This document shows positions 36,974 through 49,589 of a DNA stretch of 63,947 nt, piece by piece; the first letter of the stretch is position 1, and the number at the start of each line of letters is the position of its first letter. This DNA is from Octopus bimaculoides. Its lineage: Eukaryota. The translations under genes and the position numbers were made by a program. The stretch lies in contig NC_068997.1 of NCBI RefSeq assembly GCF_001194135.2, positions 43,388,151 through 43,452,097 of the forward strand. The letters are read 5' to 3'. Under the pieces are notes generated by a model. The model was given only the letters and a program-made list of their open reading frames with translations, was not told the origin of the DNA and did not search any database.

Positions 36974-39686
36974 TGGTTACCACTTGTGTTATCATTAGGT
37001 ACAGTAAAGCCCCCTGAATTTTATCTGCCTCAGCTCTATGTATCTCTCTCTCTCTCTCTCTCTTCCCCTCTGCCTCATCTATATCCTTTCTTTATTTTCC
37101 TATTGCTATTGTGTTACGAAGTCAACCATTTCTTTTTTCTGACCCATTTCTGCTTATTCACATATTTTTTATACTTTGCATATTTTATTTATTTTGCTTA
37201 TTTTATACAAACATTCCATACTTTATTACTTTGCATATTTCATAAACCCTTCATATTTTAAATACTTCCCATATTTCATGTAATTGCCATATTTTATATA
37301 CTTCCTTGTATTTTATATAAACCCTCTTTTATTGCAACTAAAAAGATTTAATTTTAAGCAGACATTTTATACATTTAAATATTTATATTTTAATTTTTTT
37401 TTTGGACATTTTTTGGGAAGAAAGGTATTGTGTGTACCTTGAAACTTTTTTTGACCTTTTGGAGGGCTTTTTGATGGAAACAGGGAACTCAATTTTGGGG
37501 GTAAAAAAAAAATTTAATGAAAGGTTTATTACAAAGTCTAGGAGATAGGAATAATATAGTACCATGAATCTGTTGACGGACTAATGTTAACAGACTAATG
37601 TTTATCCTAATTTAGCAGTTGAAGTGGCCTAGTGGATAAGGTGTTTCTTTTTTTTTGTTGTTGGTGGTTTTTTTTGCTGAAAAGTTGAAGCTCATACTCT
37701 ATGTCCAGAGTAAAAGCCACAAACTTCTTCACTTCCTCATTCCACTAGCAACACAATGGTATATGTTGGTAGGAAACTGTAGAGTTATGATAACCTCATT
37801 GATATAGTGATAGTTGTAGTGATTTAGTGATGTAAGGATCTCTACTGCCATTAGCAGTACCCCTTTTAAGAAAAACACCGAACTGTTGTTAATTAGTTTG
37901 ATATCAATCAGGACTGGATTGAGCAGGTCTATAATTAAAAGTGTTTCCGATTAGGACCCTCTAGTTTTATTTTGTTTTTTCAACAAGTATTTGGGAATAA
38001 GTGTATTGTAGGTTACTTGGAATATTGTGATACAGAAGTAAAATAACAAAAAAAAAGACGAGCTTCTAACACTGAAAAAAGGAAAGTTGAATAATTTTTA
38101 TATACTTCAAGCCTATCATTAGAGGTATCATCATCCTTTAATGTCCATTTTCTATGTTGACATGATTTGAACAGTTTGACCAGAGCTGGTCAGCTGGAGA
38201 GCTGCACCAGCTTCCAGTCTGATTTGGCTTGGTTTCTACAGCTGCATGTCCTTCCTAATGCCAGCCACTTTACAGTGTATGCTAGGTGCTTTTTATGTGG
38301 CACCGGCACAGGGCTCTTGCAAACCAACCCTCTTCATTGGAGAATGGTATGAATACTTCTGCAGTAGAGGACAGGTTTTCTTGAATACTGCAAGGTGGTA
38401 GGTTCAACATAAACACACATTTCTAAACCATATACTTCCGATGATGGACCTTTGTGCTTGAAATATATAAAAATTATTCAACTTTCCTCTCCACATTCTT
38501 AGCAGCTCTCCATTTTTATTATTTCATTTAAGAATACATTATCCAATGTGTCCTTCACTTTTTGAAGATGGTAAGTGTGATTTCAAGGAGATTTGGTTGT
38601 TATCTCTAGTTACCCTGTAGAACCTTGCTCAAGCTATTCCATGTATAGTTGAGAAGGAAAAGATCATTCAATGGAGTAAAATAACAAACTAGTTGGAGAC
38701 AAGAGTGCAGTTGGGTTTAACTACTGTAGATTATTGCGAACTTAGTTTTTGGCTTAAAATCTAAGTATGAATAAATGAACTACACTGATTAAACTATCCC
38801 ATCTTTATCTTATATATACATATCTTAGGATTTAGGTCTGTCACAAGCCTACAGGCTCATTAGGCTGGAGTTTCTCCCAGCTTCCATGGCATACAAGAGA
38901 CCAAGCATATATAGTGCTCCTATCCTTGGATGGTACATCAGCTCCTAACAGGGTTAGACTGGAGCAATGGGAAATGGAGTGTTCTGATTAAGAACACCTG
39001 TTCTGAGAATCAAAACCACAATTTTAGCATTGTAAATGCAACACCCTACCAACAAGGCCACATAAAGTATACACACACACATATAGTTTTTTTCACACAT
39101 TATAAGCACCAGTTTGTTTGAGGTTGTAAAAGAAAACATTGTTTAATTGTTTCACTGATGGGGGCTTAAATCGTGTTATCTCTTATGTTACTGATAACGC
39201 TACAGTCTGAAATTGGTGCTTATAATATCTAATGCCATTTATACTAATCTCTCAGTCATTAATTTCTAATTATGATATGTTATTAATAGATATCAGATGG
39301 ACTGTTTTGTTGAATCTGACAAATTAGCATCTCAGTTGTTCAGTCAATAGGACTATCTATTCATTGAATTATGTAATAAATGACTGAGTGAGTATTCTAC
39401 AGACAATTGTACTCTTAATTTAATTAATGGTCATACAGAATCAGTGTATGACAAGGTTGTACTCTTTGAGTCACAAGTACAGTACATCTGACAGGCTTTT
39501 TCCTAGTTTCTCTCTAATGATCTCACTAACAAGGCTTAATATTGACCCAAGGCTATGGTAGAATTTTTTTTTTTAATCCTTCAGAGGGATTAGTAATTAT
39601 ATTATTAAGTTAGAAACTGGGATTGATTAAATTGGCAATTCTCTTCCATCAAATTTGTGGCATATGCTAATGTTGAAATTGATTGC

Positions 39687-39752
<66 letters not shown>

Positions 39753-39759
39753 CATTATT

Positions 39760-40471
39760 ATGGCTTTGAGTGTGAGCTGGCAAATTTATTAGCACACTAG
39801 GCAAAATACTTAGCAGCATTTTGCCTCTCACTATGTTCTGAGTTCAAACTCTGCCAAGGTCAACCTTGTCTTTCGTCCTTTCGGGGGTGATAGAATAAGT
39901 ACCAATGAAACACTGGGGTTGATGTAATCAACTCATTCCCACCTCCCCCAAGCTGCCCTTGTGGCAGAAGTTTGAAATAATAATAATAATAATGATAATA
40001 ATAATAATTATTATTATTAAGGCGGTGAGCTGGCAGAGTCATTAGCACACTGGGCAAAATGCTTAGTGGCATTTTGTCTGCCTTTATGTTTTGAGTTCAA
40101 ATTCCAGTGAAGTCAGCTTAGAGTTTCATCCTTTCGGGGTTGATGAAATAAGTACCAGTTGAGCTCTGGGGTTGATGTAATCGACTAGCACCCCTTCTCA
40201 CAAAGTTTCAGGTCTTTTACCTATAGTAGAAATGACTATTATTATTATTAAGGTGAAGCTAGCAAGCTACTGGAATCACTACTGCGCTGGGCAAAAAAAT
40301 GCTTAGCAGCATTTCATCCAGCTTTATGTTCTGAGTTCAAGTTCTGCTGAAGTTGACTTTGCCTTTCACCCTGTCAGGGTTGATAAAATAAGTATCAGTT
40401 GAGCACTGGGGTCGATGTAATTGACTAGCCCCCTTTCCCAAACTTGCAGGCCTTGTGCCAAAATTTGAAAC

Positions 40472-40507
<36 letters not shown>

Positions 40508-41310
40508 GGTGAAAGCAGCAAGCTGGCAAAATTGTGAACACGCCAGGCAAAAAGCTTTGTGGTACTTCATCCGTCTTTATGTTTTAAGTTCAAATTCCAC
40601 CAAGATCAACTTTGTCTTTCATCCTTTCGGGGTCAATAAAATAATTATCAGTTGAGTACTNNNNNNNNNNNNNNNNNNNNNNNNNNNNNNNNNNNNNNNN
40701 NNNNNNNNNNNNNNNNNNNNNNNNNNNNNNNNNNNNNNNNNNNNNNNNNNNNNNNNNNNNNNCAACTTAACCCCTCCCCTCGAAATTTTCTTGCCTTGTT
40801 CCAAAATATGAAACCATTGTTATTATAATTAAGTTGGCACACTGGCAGAATCGTTTGCGCATCAGAAAATGTGTTAAGTAGCGTGTCTTCCAGCATTACG
40901 TTGTGAGATCAAATTCCACCAAAGTCAACTTTACCTTTCAGCCTTTCAAGGTCGATTAAATAAGTACCAGTGAAGCACTGGAGTCAATGTAATCAGCTTG
41001 TCCTCTTGCCCAAAATTTCAGACTTTGTACCTACTACTACTACTACTATTATTATTATTATTATTATTATTATGGTGATGGTGATGATGATGATGTGCTT
41101 GCTGAATTGTTAAAGCATTGGGTGAAATGCTTAATGGCATTTCATCTGGATTTATCTTCTGAGTTCAAATGTTAGCAGCGGTCAACTTTGACTTGATCCT
41201 TTTAAAGTTAAAATAAGTACCATCAGATGTAATCAACTATTCCTCTCCCCCATATTTCAGGCTTTATGCCTATAGTAGAAAGGATTATTATTATTATTAT
41301 TATTATTATT
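39760..41310 (+). mobile_element. Head-to-tail cluster of about six SINE family B copies with (ATT)n tails
   Basis: Each begins AAGGCGGTGAGCTGGCAGAA-like and carries TTCTGAGTTCAAATT and CTTTCATCCTTTCGGGGTCGATAAAATAAGTACCAG, separated by (ATT)n. Confidence 0.85.
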
Positions 41311-41421
41311 ATTTTTTAGAAAGTTAAAGAAGTGATATTTTAAATTCTCAATCGCAGAATAATGCTAATAATATAGCCTGAACAGGATAAACTATCCCTA
41401 TTTTGCAGAGAAAAGTGTAGG

Positions 41422-41497
41422 TGACTAGCTGTGGACTCGAACTCACATCCCCGTCATTACATGTGACGATACTTTTGCCGATTAAGCTAAACTACTC
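41422..41497 (-). pseudogene. tRNA-like cloverleaf with TGT anticodon (Thr-like); probably a pseudogene or SINE head
   Basis: Perfect anticodon arm CGTCA-CATGTAA-TGACG, T-loop TTCGAGT, 6/7 acceptor pairing. A at position 33 and a bulged T-stem argue against function. Confidence 0.45.
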
Positions 41498-41817
41498 ACT
41501 ACAAATTCCTCTGCAAATTAAGATATATAAATCTCGCTTTATGAGACGCTCTCATATGTTAAATTCAAATTACGACAAACGTAAATAAACAAGCAAAGCT
41601 TGCTTTTAGAAGCGTTGAGATGTCTTTTTTAGNNNNNNNNNNNNNNNNNNNNNNNNNNNNNNNNNNNNNNNNNNNNNNNNNNNNNNNNNNNNNNNNNNNN
41701 NNNNNNNNNNNNNNNNNNNNNNNNNNNNNNNNNNNNNNNNNNNNNNNNNNNNNNNNNNNNNNNNNNNNNNNNNNNNNNNNNNNACGTTTGTCGTAATTTG
41801 AATTTATTATTATTATT

Positions 41818-42355
41818 ATGTGAGAGCAGTGCATGCGATCAAAATGACACTGGGGTAAAATATATGAAGCCCAGTATACCCATCATGACTACCCGTCTGA
41901 TAAGGGTACACCAGGCACATGCATCACAACCGTATGTGCACGACATGGTGATCCCATATCAAGATAAACAGCACATGACCTTGCAGGTGGGGCCCAGTTA
42001 GAATCTTCTTCAGGTTGAGTAACCCATCCCACTCAAAAGGTCCTTGAATAGGGGTTAAAAATGTTGAACGAGACCCCTATTTCCAGAGGTAAATTATTCA
42101 AACTCCAAAGAATTCCTCTCAATACATGGCTGTGATGCTCCCCAACTATTCCTGCTTGTGATATCAGAGATGCACTAAGGGACATGCTCAACTGGTTATG
42201 GTAAAAAAAACTGACTAGCAAATCTGTGGTATTGAGCAGAATATTTGCTGTAGCCCATTTTTTATACCAAGACAAAACAATGCACATGATAACGGTTCCA
42301 ATCAGTTAAGATCAGAAGCCATGAGAGCCAGTGCCTGATACTGCATCAGGGCAGA
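41818..42355 (+). repeat. Family D, full copy flanked by (ATT)n
   Basis: GTGAGAGCAGTGCATGC ... GATACTGCATCAGGGCA. Confidence 0.85.
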
Positions 42356-42989
42356 TGATATTATTATTATTATTAGAACATCAGACAAAATGCCTTAGTG
42401 CATTTATTCTAGCTCACTACAATCTTGCTGAGATCAACTTTGCCTTTCAACCCTCTGAGGTCAATAAAATAAAGTACCAGTCAAGTACTGGAGTCAATGG
42501 TCAACCAATCCTTCATTCCTCAAAATTGTTAGCATTGTTCATAAATCAGAAATCTTTACAATTATTATAACAATGCTTGTAGCATATCTAGCACATTTCC
42601 ATTAATCCTACACTTCAATTGGATTTGATTTCTGATCATCATTGGATGTCTTATTCCTGGATATTAACTGCTTCTCAAATGAGATTTAAGCTAAGAAGTT
42701 TTGTATCTAAACTAAGGGTAGTATAAGCAGTAGTAACTTATAAGATAAATATAGAGTTTTATGTCTAAACTAAGGATAACACAGACAGCAGTAACTTATA
42801 AGATAAAGCTATTACTAGCTTTAGAATTAATATTGGTATTTGAATTTAGTCTTGGGCTCATTGTAAGTCTCCTGGACGTTGCTGTCTTAGATTCAAGGAC
42901 TCATAGAACTGGTTACTCAGTTTGACGAATACCACAGCTAGACAAATACCCACCATACTCTGAAAATTTTGTTTCCCTGGACTTAGGCA

Positions 42990-43440
42990 CATTAAAGCTT
43001 CAGCATCTGATAAGTGACTGGGCAGACACCCACAAGATTATCCACCATCTTTCTAACAACAACCTGTGGCACCTTTTCAAATTCCATATGTCTAACACTT
43101 GTGGACATGCTTACAAAATCAAAAAAACAATACAGCACCCATGACTTTTGGAAACAATTTTACACACTCAGAATTGCTGAAGCATGGAATAAACTATCTG
43201 CATCAGTTGTTAGCTATCAGGACACTACATCCTTCAAAACTTCCATGCTTCCTGAAATTCATCAACAATACACCTGATGTCCCCTTTTTTTTTTCTTTTA
43301 AACTTTTGAAACAACTCATTCACTGTCCACCTCCTGTGCATTCTATGTACAGTTCTTGCACTTTTGTTTACTTTTTCTGATGAATTGTAGTGCACCTGAG
43401 TACTGTTTACAATAAGTTCATTATTATATATATACGTGAC
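42990..43440 (+). mobile_element. CR1/L2-type LINE 3' fragment
   Basis: SNTCGHAYK..K...HDFWKQFYTLRIAEAWNKLSASVV...SFK resembles the TRGH..K / FF..RV...WN.LP..VV C-terminal motif of CR1/L2 ORF2. Confidence 0.75.
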
Positions 43441-44893
43441 AGAGATCAAAACATTGCCCTTGAACAGGACACCAGTTTGTCACAAGGTTATTTATGGCTG
43501 AATAAACTGGAGTGACATGAAATGATATGTTTTGTTCAAGATCACAACATACCACCCAATATGGAAATCAAAACCGCAATCTTTTGTTTGTGAATGCAAC
43601 ACCCTAACCACCGGGCCATACACATTTACATTATGTACACATTCAAGAATAAAACACCTTATGACAATAATAAGAGATCATAACATAGTGTAGATAATAA
43701 ATATATTTTAATGATGAGGTTGATAAATTAATCTCATCTTAGTAATAACAACTCATTATCTCAGATATCTAAACTGTTAATCTTAACTTATTATTGTGGT
43801 GGAGGTCACATGTGTGCGTGATTGTTACCTTTCTTGAACTTAATTGCATCTTGAAATGTTTGCAGCACATTTTTCTTTATCTGTTTACGCTTGATTGTCG
43901 CTTTTATATTTATTTGCCATATTTTTTTATTTTTTAGTTTGTTTTTCTTTCTTTTTGTTTATTTTTGCTTTATGTACTTCATATGTCCAATAGAAATAAA
44001 AATTGCTTGTTAATATTCCATTCTCTTTTTCGTTTTTCTGGATACCCCCACATTTCTCTATTTCATCAATTTGGTTTTGTAAACCTCCACTTTACAATTT
44101 CTGTCAGTTCTTCAACTCTAATGCTGCTGCTCCTTTTCCATTGCATGGCCTCCAAGCTTTTTCTTATTTCTCTCTGCACCAGAAAAGACATTGTGTGCCA
44201 AGTAAAAACGAAGAATTTTGGCTTCTTCAGAGTCATGAATTCCTTAGCCACTGCAAGTGTTGGACAAGATACTTGACTTTACTTGCCTAAAATTTTGTGC
44301 TTAATTAAGAAATAATTTTATTGCTGTTGTCATACTTATTATCAATATTGTACATTGTTGTAGTTGAAAAGTACAATAACTAAACTACTGAAATATTTGA
44401 CTTGTCTTCAGGATCTTTAGTTCATATTCAGCTATAGATATTGTGATATTGCACTCTACATGGTTTAATTGAACACATACAAACACACACACACACACTT
44501 TATATATATATATATTAGAGACAAGAAAGTAAATTTTGAATGTAGCAAAGAAATATTGGGCATTTATCCTTATAAGACAGAAAAAAAGTTGCCAGCAGGT
44601 GACTCTGTGAATCGAAGCCTGTACTCCTCAGACACCAATTGTCTGCATTTGTTTATATTTGTTAATAAAACACTTTTGTATTTGAAAAGCTATTATTTAG
44701 CATTAAAATTGAAGGTAATTGTTGTCAGGGGTCATTTAGCTTAATGGTAGAGCGCATAGTCACCTGCTGGTAACTTTATTCCATCTTATATGAGTAAATA
44801 CCCAATCTTTCTGCTGTTTTCACTGCTTTACTGTATTCAAAATTTACTTTCTTGTCTGTAAATACCAACCCATTTGACACTTCCAAAATTCGT

Positions 44894-44926
<33 letters not shown>

Positions 44927-44935
44927 CTTTTTTCT

Positions 44936-45100
44936 AATTATTAGAGCTGCAAGATCACAAAAAAACTGCTACTCAGAGTTTCATGTTCCCATTCGTTAGG
45001 CAGTTGTGATCAATATTTTCTTGATCACAACTGCTCAATGAACAGAAATGTGAAACTCTGAGTAGCAGTTTTTTGTTATGTTCTTGTAGCTTTAATAATA
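44936..45100. repeat. Long fold-back palindrome (hairpin MITE-like)
   Basis: Arms of about 75 bp (44941-45013 and 45021-45095) separated by a 7-nt loop TATTTTC. The shared core AAAAAACTGCTACTCAGAGTTTCA is perfectly inverted. Confidence 0.9.
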
Positions 45101-46039
45101 AAAAAGAGGACATTACTCCACCTCTGGTATTCAAGTACTATTTTTCTCCACCTTGTTTTGCATTTATATGCTTACTCATGTGTGTATATATTTATATCCA
45201 AAATTATGGAATGGAGTAGATTCACATACATAGCAACCCCAATTGCTGACTGAACTATAGAATAACATTTTTTCATCTCATCAAACTTCAATAAGGGAAA
45301 AATGTACATCCTTCTACAACAATAAACCATTATTGTTCCTGAAAGTTGTTTTTTATGCTTTCTACAAACTGCTTGAAACATACTAACTTCCTACACCTTG
45401 ATCCTTGGATCTTACCTTTACACACACATATACATATTAAGATATTGAAAGTTCTTGCAATATCTTTCCTTTTGTCTGTATCATTACTAATCTTTCTCTC
45501 TAAGATGATAAAGGGAAAAGCTTATTACAACAATGAATTTTCCTTTATTACATCCATTAAGCATGCATGCACACATACACACATGCTTACATACTCATTC
45601 ATCCATGCATACATACATACATGTAGTGTATTCATCTACAAAGATTCTAATGGAGTGTTAACGGCATCAATTTCTCCCACTTATTCCTCGATCTGTAAGG
45701 GCAATGTTCCATTTTCTGTTCAATATAAGAAATGTTTAAATGTTATCATTAGATGTTTAGAAATACATTGAACATAGACAGGTTGTGTGCGTGCATGCAT
45801 GCATGCAATGATTTGTTTATGAAATAAAATAAAAAAACTGTCATTGGATTGTCGAGAAAAGGTCAAGTTGTTTTCTATTGAAATGTTTTTCCTAACATGA
45901 TTTCTCATTCGGATTCAGTTTTCCAGCTAACATAGAACATTATTATTGTTATCATTGTTGTTGTTGTTGCTACTGTTATATTTGGATTTGGTCTTTGGAT
46001 TTATATGTGCTACAATCCTAGCAGTAATTTTTGTGAATC

Positions 46040-46262
46040 TCTAAGGCTGAAAAGCTGGCAGAATTGTTACCATGCTGGGCAAAATGCTTAGCGGCATTTC
46101 GTCTGTCTTTACATTCTGAGTTTGAATGCCAGTAGAGGTTGACTTTCCCTTTCGTCCTTTCAGAGTCGATAAAATAAGTACCAGTTGTGCTCTGGGGTCG
46201 ATTTCATTGACTAACCCTGCCCCTGAAACTGCTGGCCTTGTGCCAAAATTTGAAGCCAATAT
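46040..46262 (-). mobile_element. SINE family B
   Basis: Reverse-complement match to family B. Confidence 0.75.
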
Positions 46263-46407
46263 TTGTTCATCTCGCGTATAAGTCTTTCAGTAACTGTAGG
46301 ATGAAAACAGTTTGGAATGAGGGGTTCATGACAGAATATAAAGAAAGTAACATGAGTGAGAAATATTAACTGTCCCACTCAACCAACAATAATATCAAGT
46401 GTTGTTT

Positions 46408-46559
46408 TAACCCTTTAGCGTTCAGATTATTCTGTCAGATGAAATATTTATTTATCCACATTGTTTTGATTTCTATGATATGATTGTTTATTTTTAAAGT
46501 GACAATGTAGAGTAGGTGTGAGGGGCCGGATATGGCTGGTTTGAATACTAAGAGGTTAA
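46408..46559. mobile_element. piggyBac-type MITE, internally deleted copy
   Basis: TTAACCCTTTAGCGTTCAGATTATTCTGTCA ... GAATACTAAGAGGTTAA. Confidence 0.65.
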
Positions 46560-46577
46560 TAGTTGGTTAACAATGTA

Positions 46578-46786
46578 CGAAGTATTGCTGAAAAGTTCCA
46601 AGCTTTAGATAAAAGAAAATACAGGAAAATACAGGATTTTATTCAACATTTTCCCCTCTCAGATTCACACACTTATTGCAACAGTCCTTCAGTTTCCTAA
46701 GCCCTGTAAAAGAATTCAGAAGGTTAGGCTTCCAACCAGGCCTTTTACAATGCCCCTAAAGTCAGGGACTTTTCAGCACCCCCTTG
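46578..46786. mobile_element. Mariner/Tc1-derived MITE
   Basis: TA flanks (46576-46577, 46787-46788) and imperfect TIRs sharing TGCTGAAAAGT at both ends. Confidence 0.7.
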
Positions 46787-46964
46787 TATCTTACAAGAGT
46801 TCCTTTATTAGTTAATGTGTTGTTGGTAGAAGCTAGAAGTACATTAAGAGGATTTGGGAATATGTTTATAGAGTAACTCACTGCATGTTTGGCCTCACAA
46901 ATGAGTTAAAGCAACATGGGAAAAGGGGAATTATAGTGATGAGGTTAATGGTGACAGATTTATT

Positions 46965-47194
46965 ATTCTTTCATTTATCTTTTATCATTTACATGTTTCA
47001 TGCCATTAGACTAGCCATGCTGGAACACCGCCCTGAAGAATTTTAGCCAAACGAATTGACCCCAGTACTATCTTGTTTTAAAGCCTGGTACTTACTCTAT
47101 CAATCTCTTTTTGCCAAGCCACTAAGTTATGGGGATGTAAACACACCAACAATAGTTTTCAAGTGGTGGTGGGTGGCAAGCTAACACACACACA

Positions 47195-47262
<68 letters not shown>

Positions 47263-47410
47263 GTGGACATCTTTAAGATTCTGTCTACCAAACTCACTCA
47301 CAAGGCTTTGGTCAGCCCAAGACCATAGAAGACACTTGCCCAAGTTGCCACGCAGTAGGACTGAAAGCAGGACCATGTAGTTTGGAAGCAAACTTCTTAC
47401 TACACAGCTA
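46965..47410 (-). mobile_element. SINE family A, older copy with (CA)n core
   Basis: Degenerate collinear match. Confidence 0.7.
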
Positions 47411-48821
47411 TTTATTTTTCCTAAATTCATACACACATGACTATAGTCGTATGCTCATGTATTATATCTTTCCAACAATTAATTGTATATGTTATGAAAG
47501 CTCTGGCTGAGGAGGGTCTCCACATTGGCCAGTAGGCATGGACCTTCAATTTTGAGGGAATTATGTCGTTGGTCAGAGGTAATGGGAGAATTCTTTGCTA
47601 TTCTCAATGCTTGCATGGGTCAGATGGAATTTGTTGAGACAGATTTTTCACCAGTTGGACGTCCGTCTTGTTAGCAACCCTTCAAGTAAGGTAAGATTCC
47701 TTGTGGCCAAACATATTTTTCGCAGAAGACTGGAAATAAAGAAAATGTTTGCTTTCAACCATCATGTGATGTAAAGATAAGAATACACACCAAAGACACA
47801 CATGCATTAGTTTGTGTGTGTGTGATAGGCTTCTTTCAGTTTTCATCTACCAAATCCACTAACGAAGCTCTGGCTGACCTGAGATTATAGTAGAAGAGAT
47901 TTGCAAAATGTGCTGTTCACTGGGACTGAACCCAAGACCAAATGGCTGGGAAGTAAGCTCTTTAATCATACAGCCATGTCTGTGGCTGGATAGATAGATA
48001 CCATCATCATCATCATCATCATCAGAAGAAGAAGAATAGAAACACACACAGCCTTAATCTAATAATGTATTCAGGACTGATTACTGAAATGTGAGGGACT
48101 ACACTTCACATTTGGTCAAGGCCTTATTGCCAGCTTTGCACAATATATATCCTAGCTGCATATAATTCTGTATCACATCTGCAATAATCCAGCATTTTTA
48201 TGACTACCAATGTGTTCATACTTTTCTTATTAAATACGTAATTCTAATTTTGGCATTTCAGAGTTGTCTCCCCTGTCTGATATATATGTTTTTCTTGCTG
48301 CAATCTTAATTAATTTTGATTAATTAAACATGTCTTGTTACTACGTTATGTCGGCACTGACTTAATTGTTTATTTTACGTGCATATGGTGACTGCATGTC
48401 CAGATTGTCATTATGACTGTCAAAAGTAGATTTAATTAATTTTAGCCCTCAGGTTAATGTTGCAGGAGGAATGTTGATTGATGAAAAATTGTTTTTGCTA
48501 ATCATGTTAGCAATTTTTGCATATTATGTTAGCAATGAATAAACTATTTGTTTTCCATGCTGATGGTATCCATCGGTGATTTCTGTCAGGTCATTGTTCT
48601 GGGATTTACTTTCAGTGTCGTTGACAAGTAAAAACAAAGTTGCAAGTTGACATAAAATGTCATAAAAACATTAAATATAGAGAGTGTGTGGGTGTGGGTG
48701 GGTTCATTTATTCAAAACTGAAGTTTCACTCTGCTGTGACCCCGAGCTACTATTACTTTCTTCATAAAAATGAAAATCCCAATGACTCCTTAAGACCTCC
48801 TTCACGAATATATTTCCTTAA

Positions 48822-49207
48822 GGAGTGGCTGTGTGGTAAGTAGCTTGCTTACAAACCATATGGTTCCGGGTTCAATCCCACTAGGTGGCACCTTGGGCAA
48901 GTGTCTTCTACTATAGCCTCGGGCCGACCAAAGCCTTGTGAGTGGATTTGGTAGACGGAAACTGAAAGAAGCCCGTCATATATATATATGTATGTGTGTG
49001 TATATGTTTGTGTGTCTGTGTTTGTCCCCTCCCCCAACATCGCTTGACAACCGATGCTGGTGTGTTTACGTGCCCGTAACTTAGCGGTTCGGCAAAAGAG
49101 ACCGATAGAATAAGTACTAGGCTTCCAAGTCCTGGGGTCGATTTGCTCGACTAAAAGGCGGTGCTCCAGCATGGCCACAGTCAAATGACTGAAACAAGTA
49201 AAAGAGT
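48822..49207 (+). mobile_element. tRNA-derived SINE family A, full copy
   Basis: Head GGAGTGGCTGTGTGGTAAG (A-box-like) and GGTTCAATCCC (B-box-like), central microsatellite, tail GACTGAAACAAGTAAAAGAG. At least 12 copies in the window. Confidence 0.85.
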
Positions 49208-49589
49208 TATGTTGAAAACTATTACTCTATACCAGTCATGGGCAAACTGCGACCAGCAGGACTTTCTGAATGACTCACCCAATGAAAAATTACCCTGAAA
49301 TTTTTTTAGTAGCGTGTTCTGTCTGATGATGAGCCATGTCTCATGTGGCCTGCTTCTCAAACAAATGGTTGCCCATGCCTGCTCTTTATAAACGACGGTT
49401 ATGGTGAGTAATGGGAAACTCAAAGTGGCAATGAAGACCAAACCACACACACACATACGGCTTTGTATTTACTGTTTATATCACATTTTATTTATATACA
49501 TTGCTTATATTGAGTACTTTTTCCTTCTTGTTTGGACATTCAAACACACACATAGATTATAATTTAATTATTTCTTTATTCTCTTACAG

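Noticed and set aside
43965-44290. Overlapping short ORFs on both strands
   Set aside because: All frames are interrupted or unrecognisable, with no convincing splice structure. At best this is a decayed TE fragment.
45560-45806. TGCATG (RBFOX) clusters upstream of exon B
   Set aside because: They are (ATGC)n microsatellite-like and about 3.8 kb from the exon, too far and too low in complexity to support a role.
48822-48900. SINE heads as functional tRNA genes
   Set aside because: They have only A/B-box similarity, no cloverleaf, and continue into SINE bodies.
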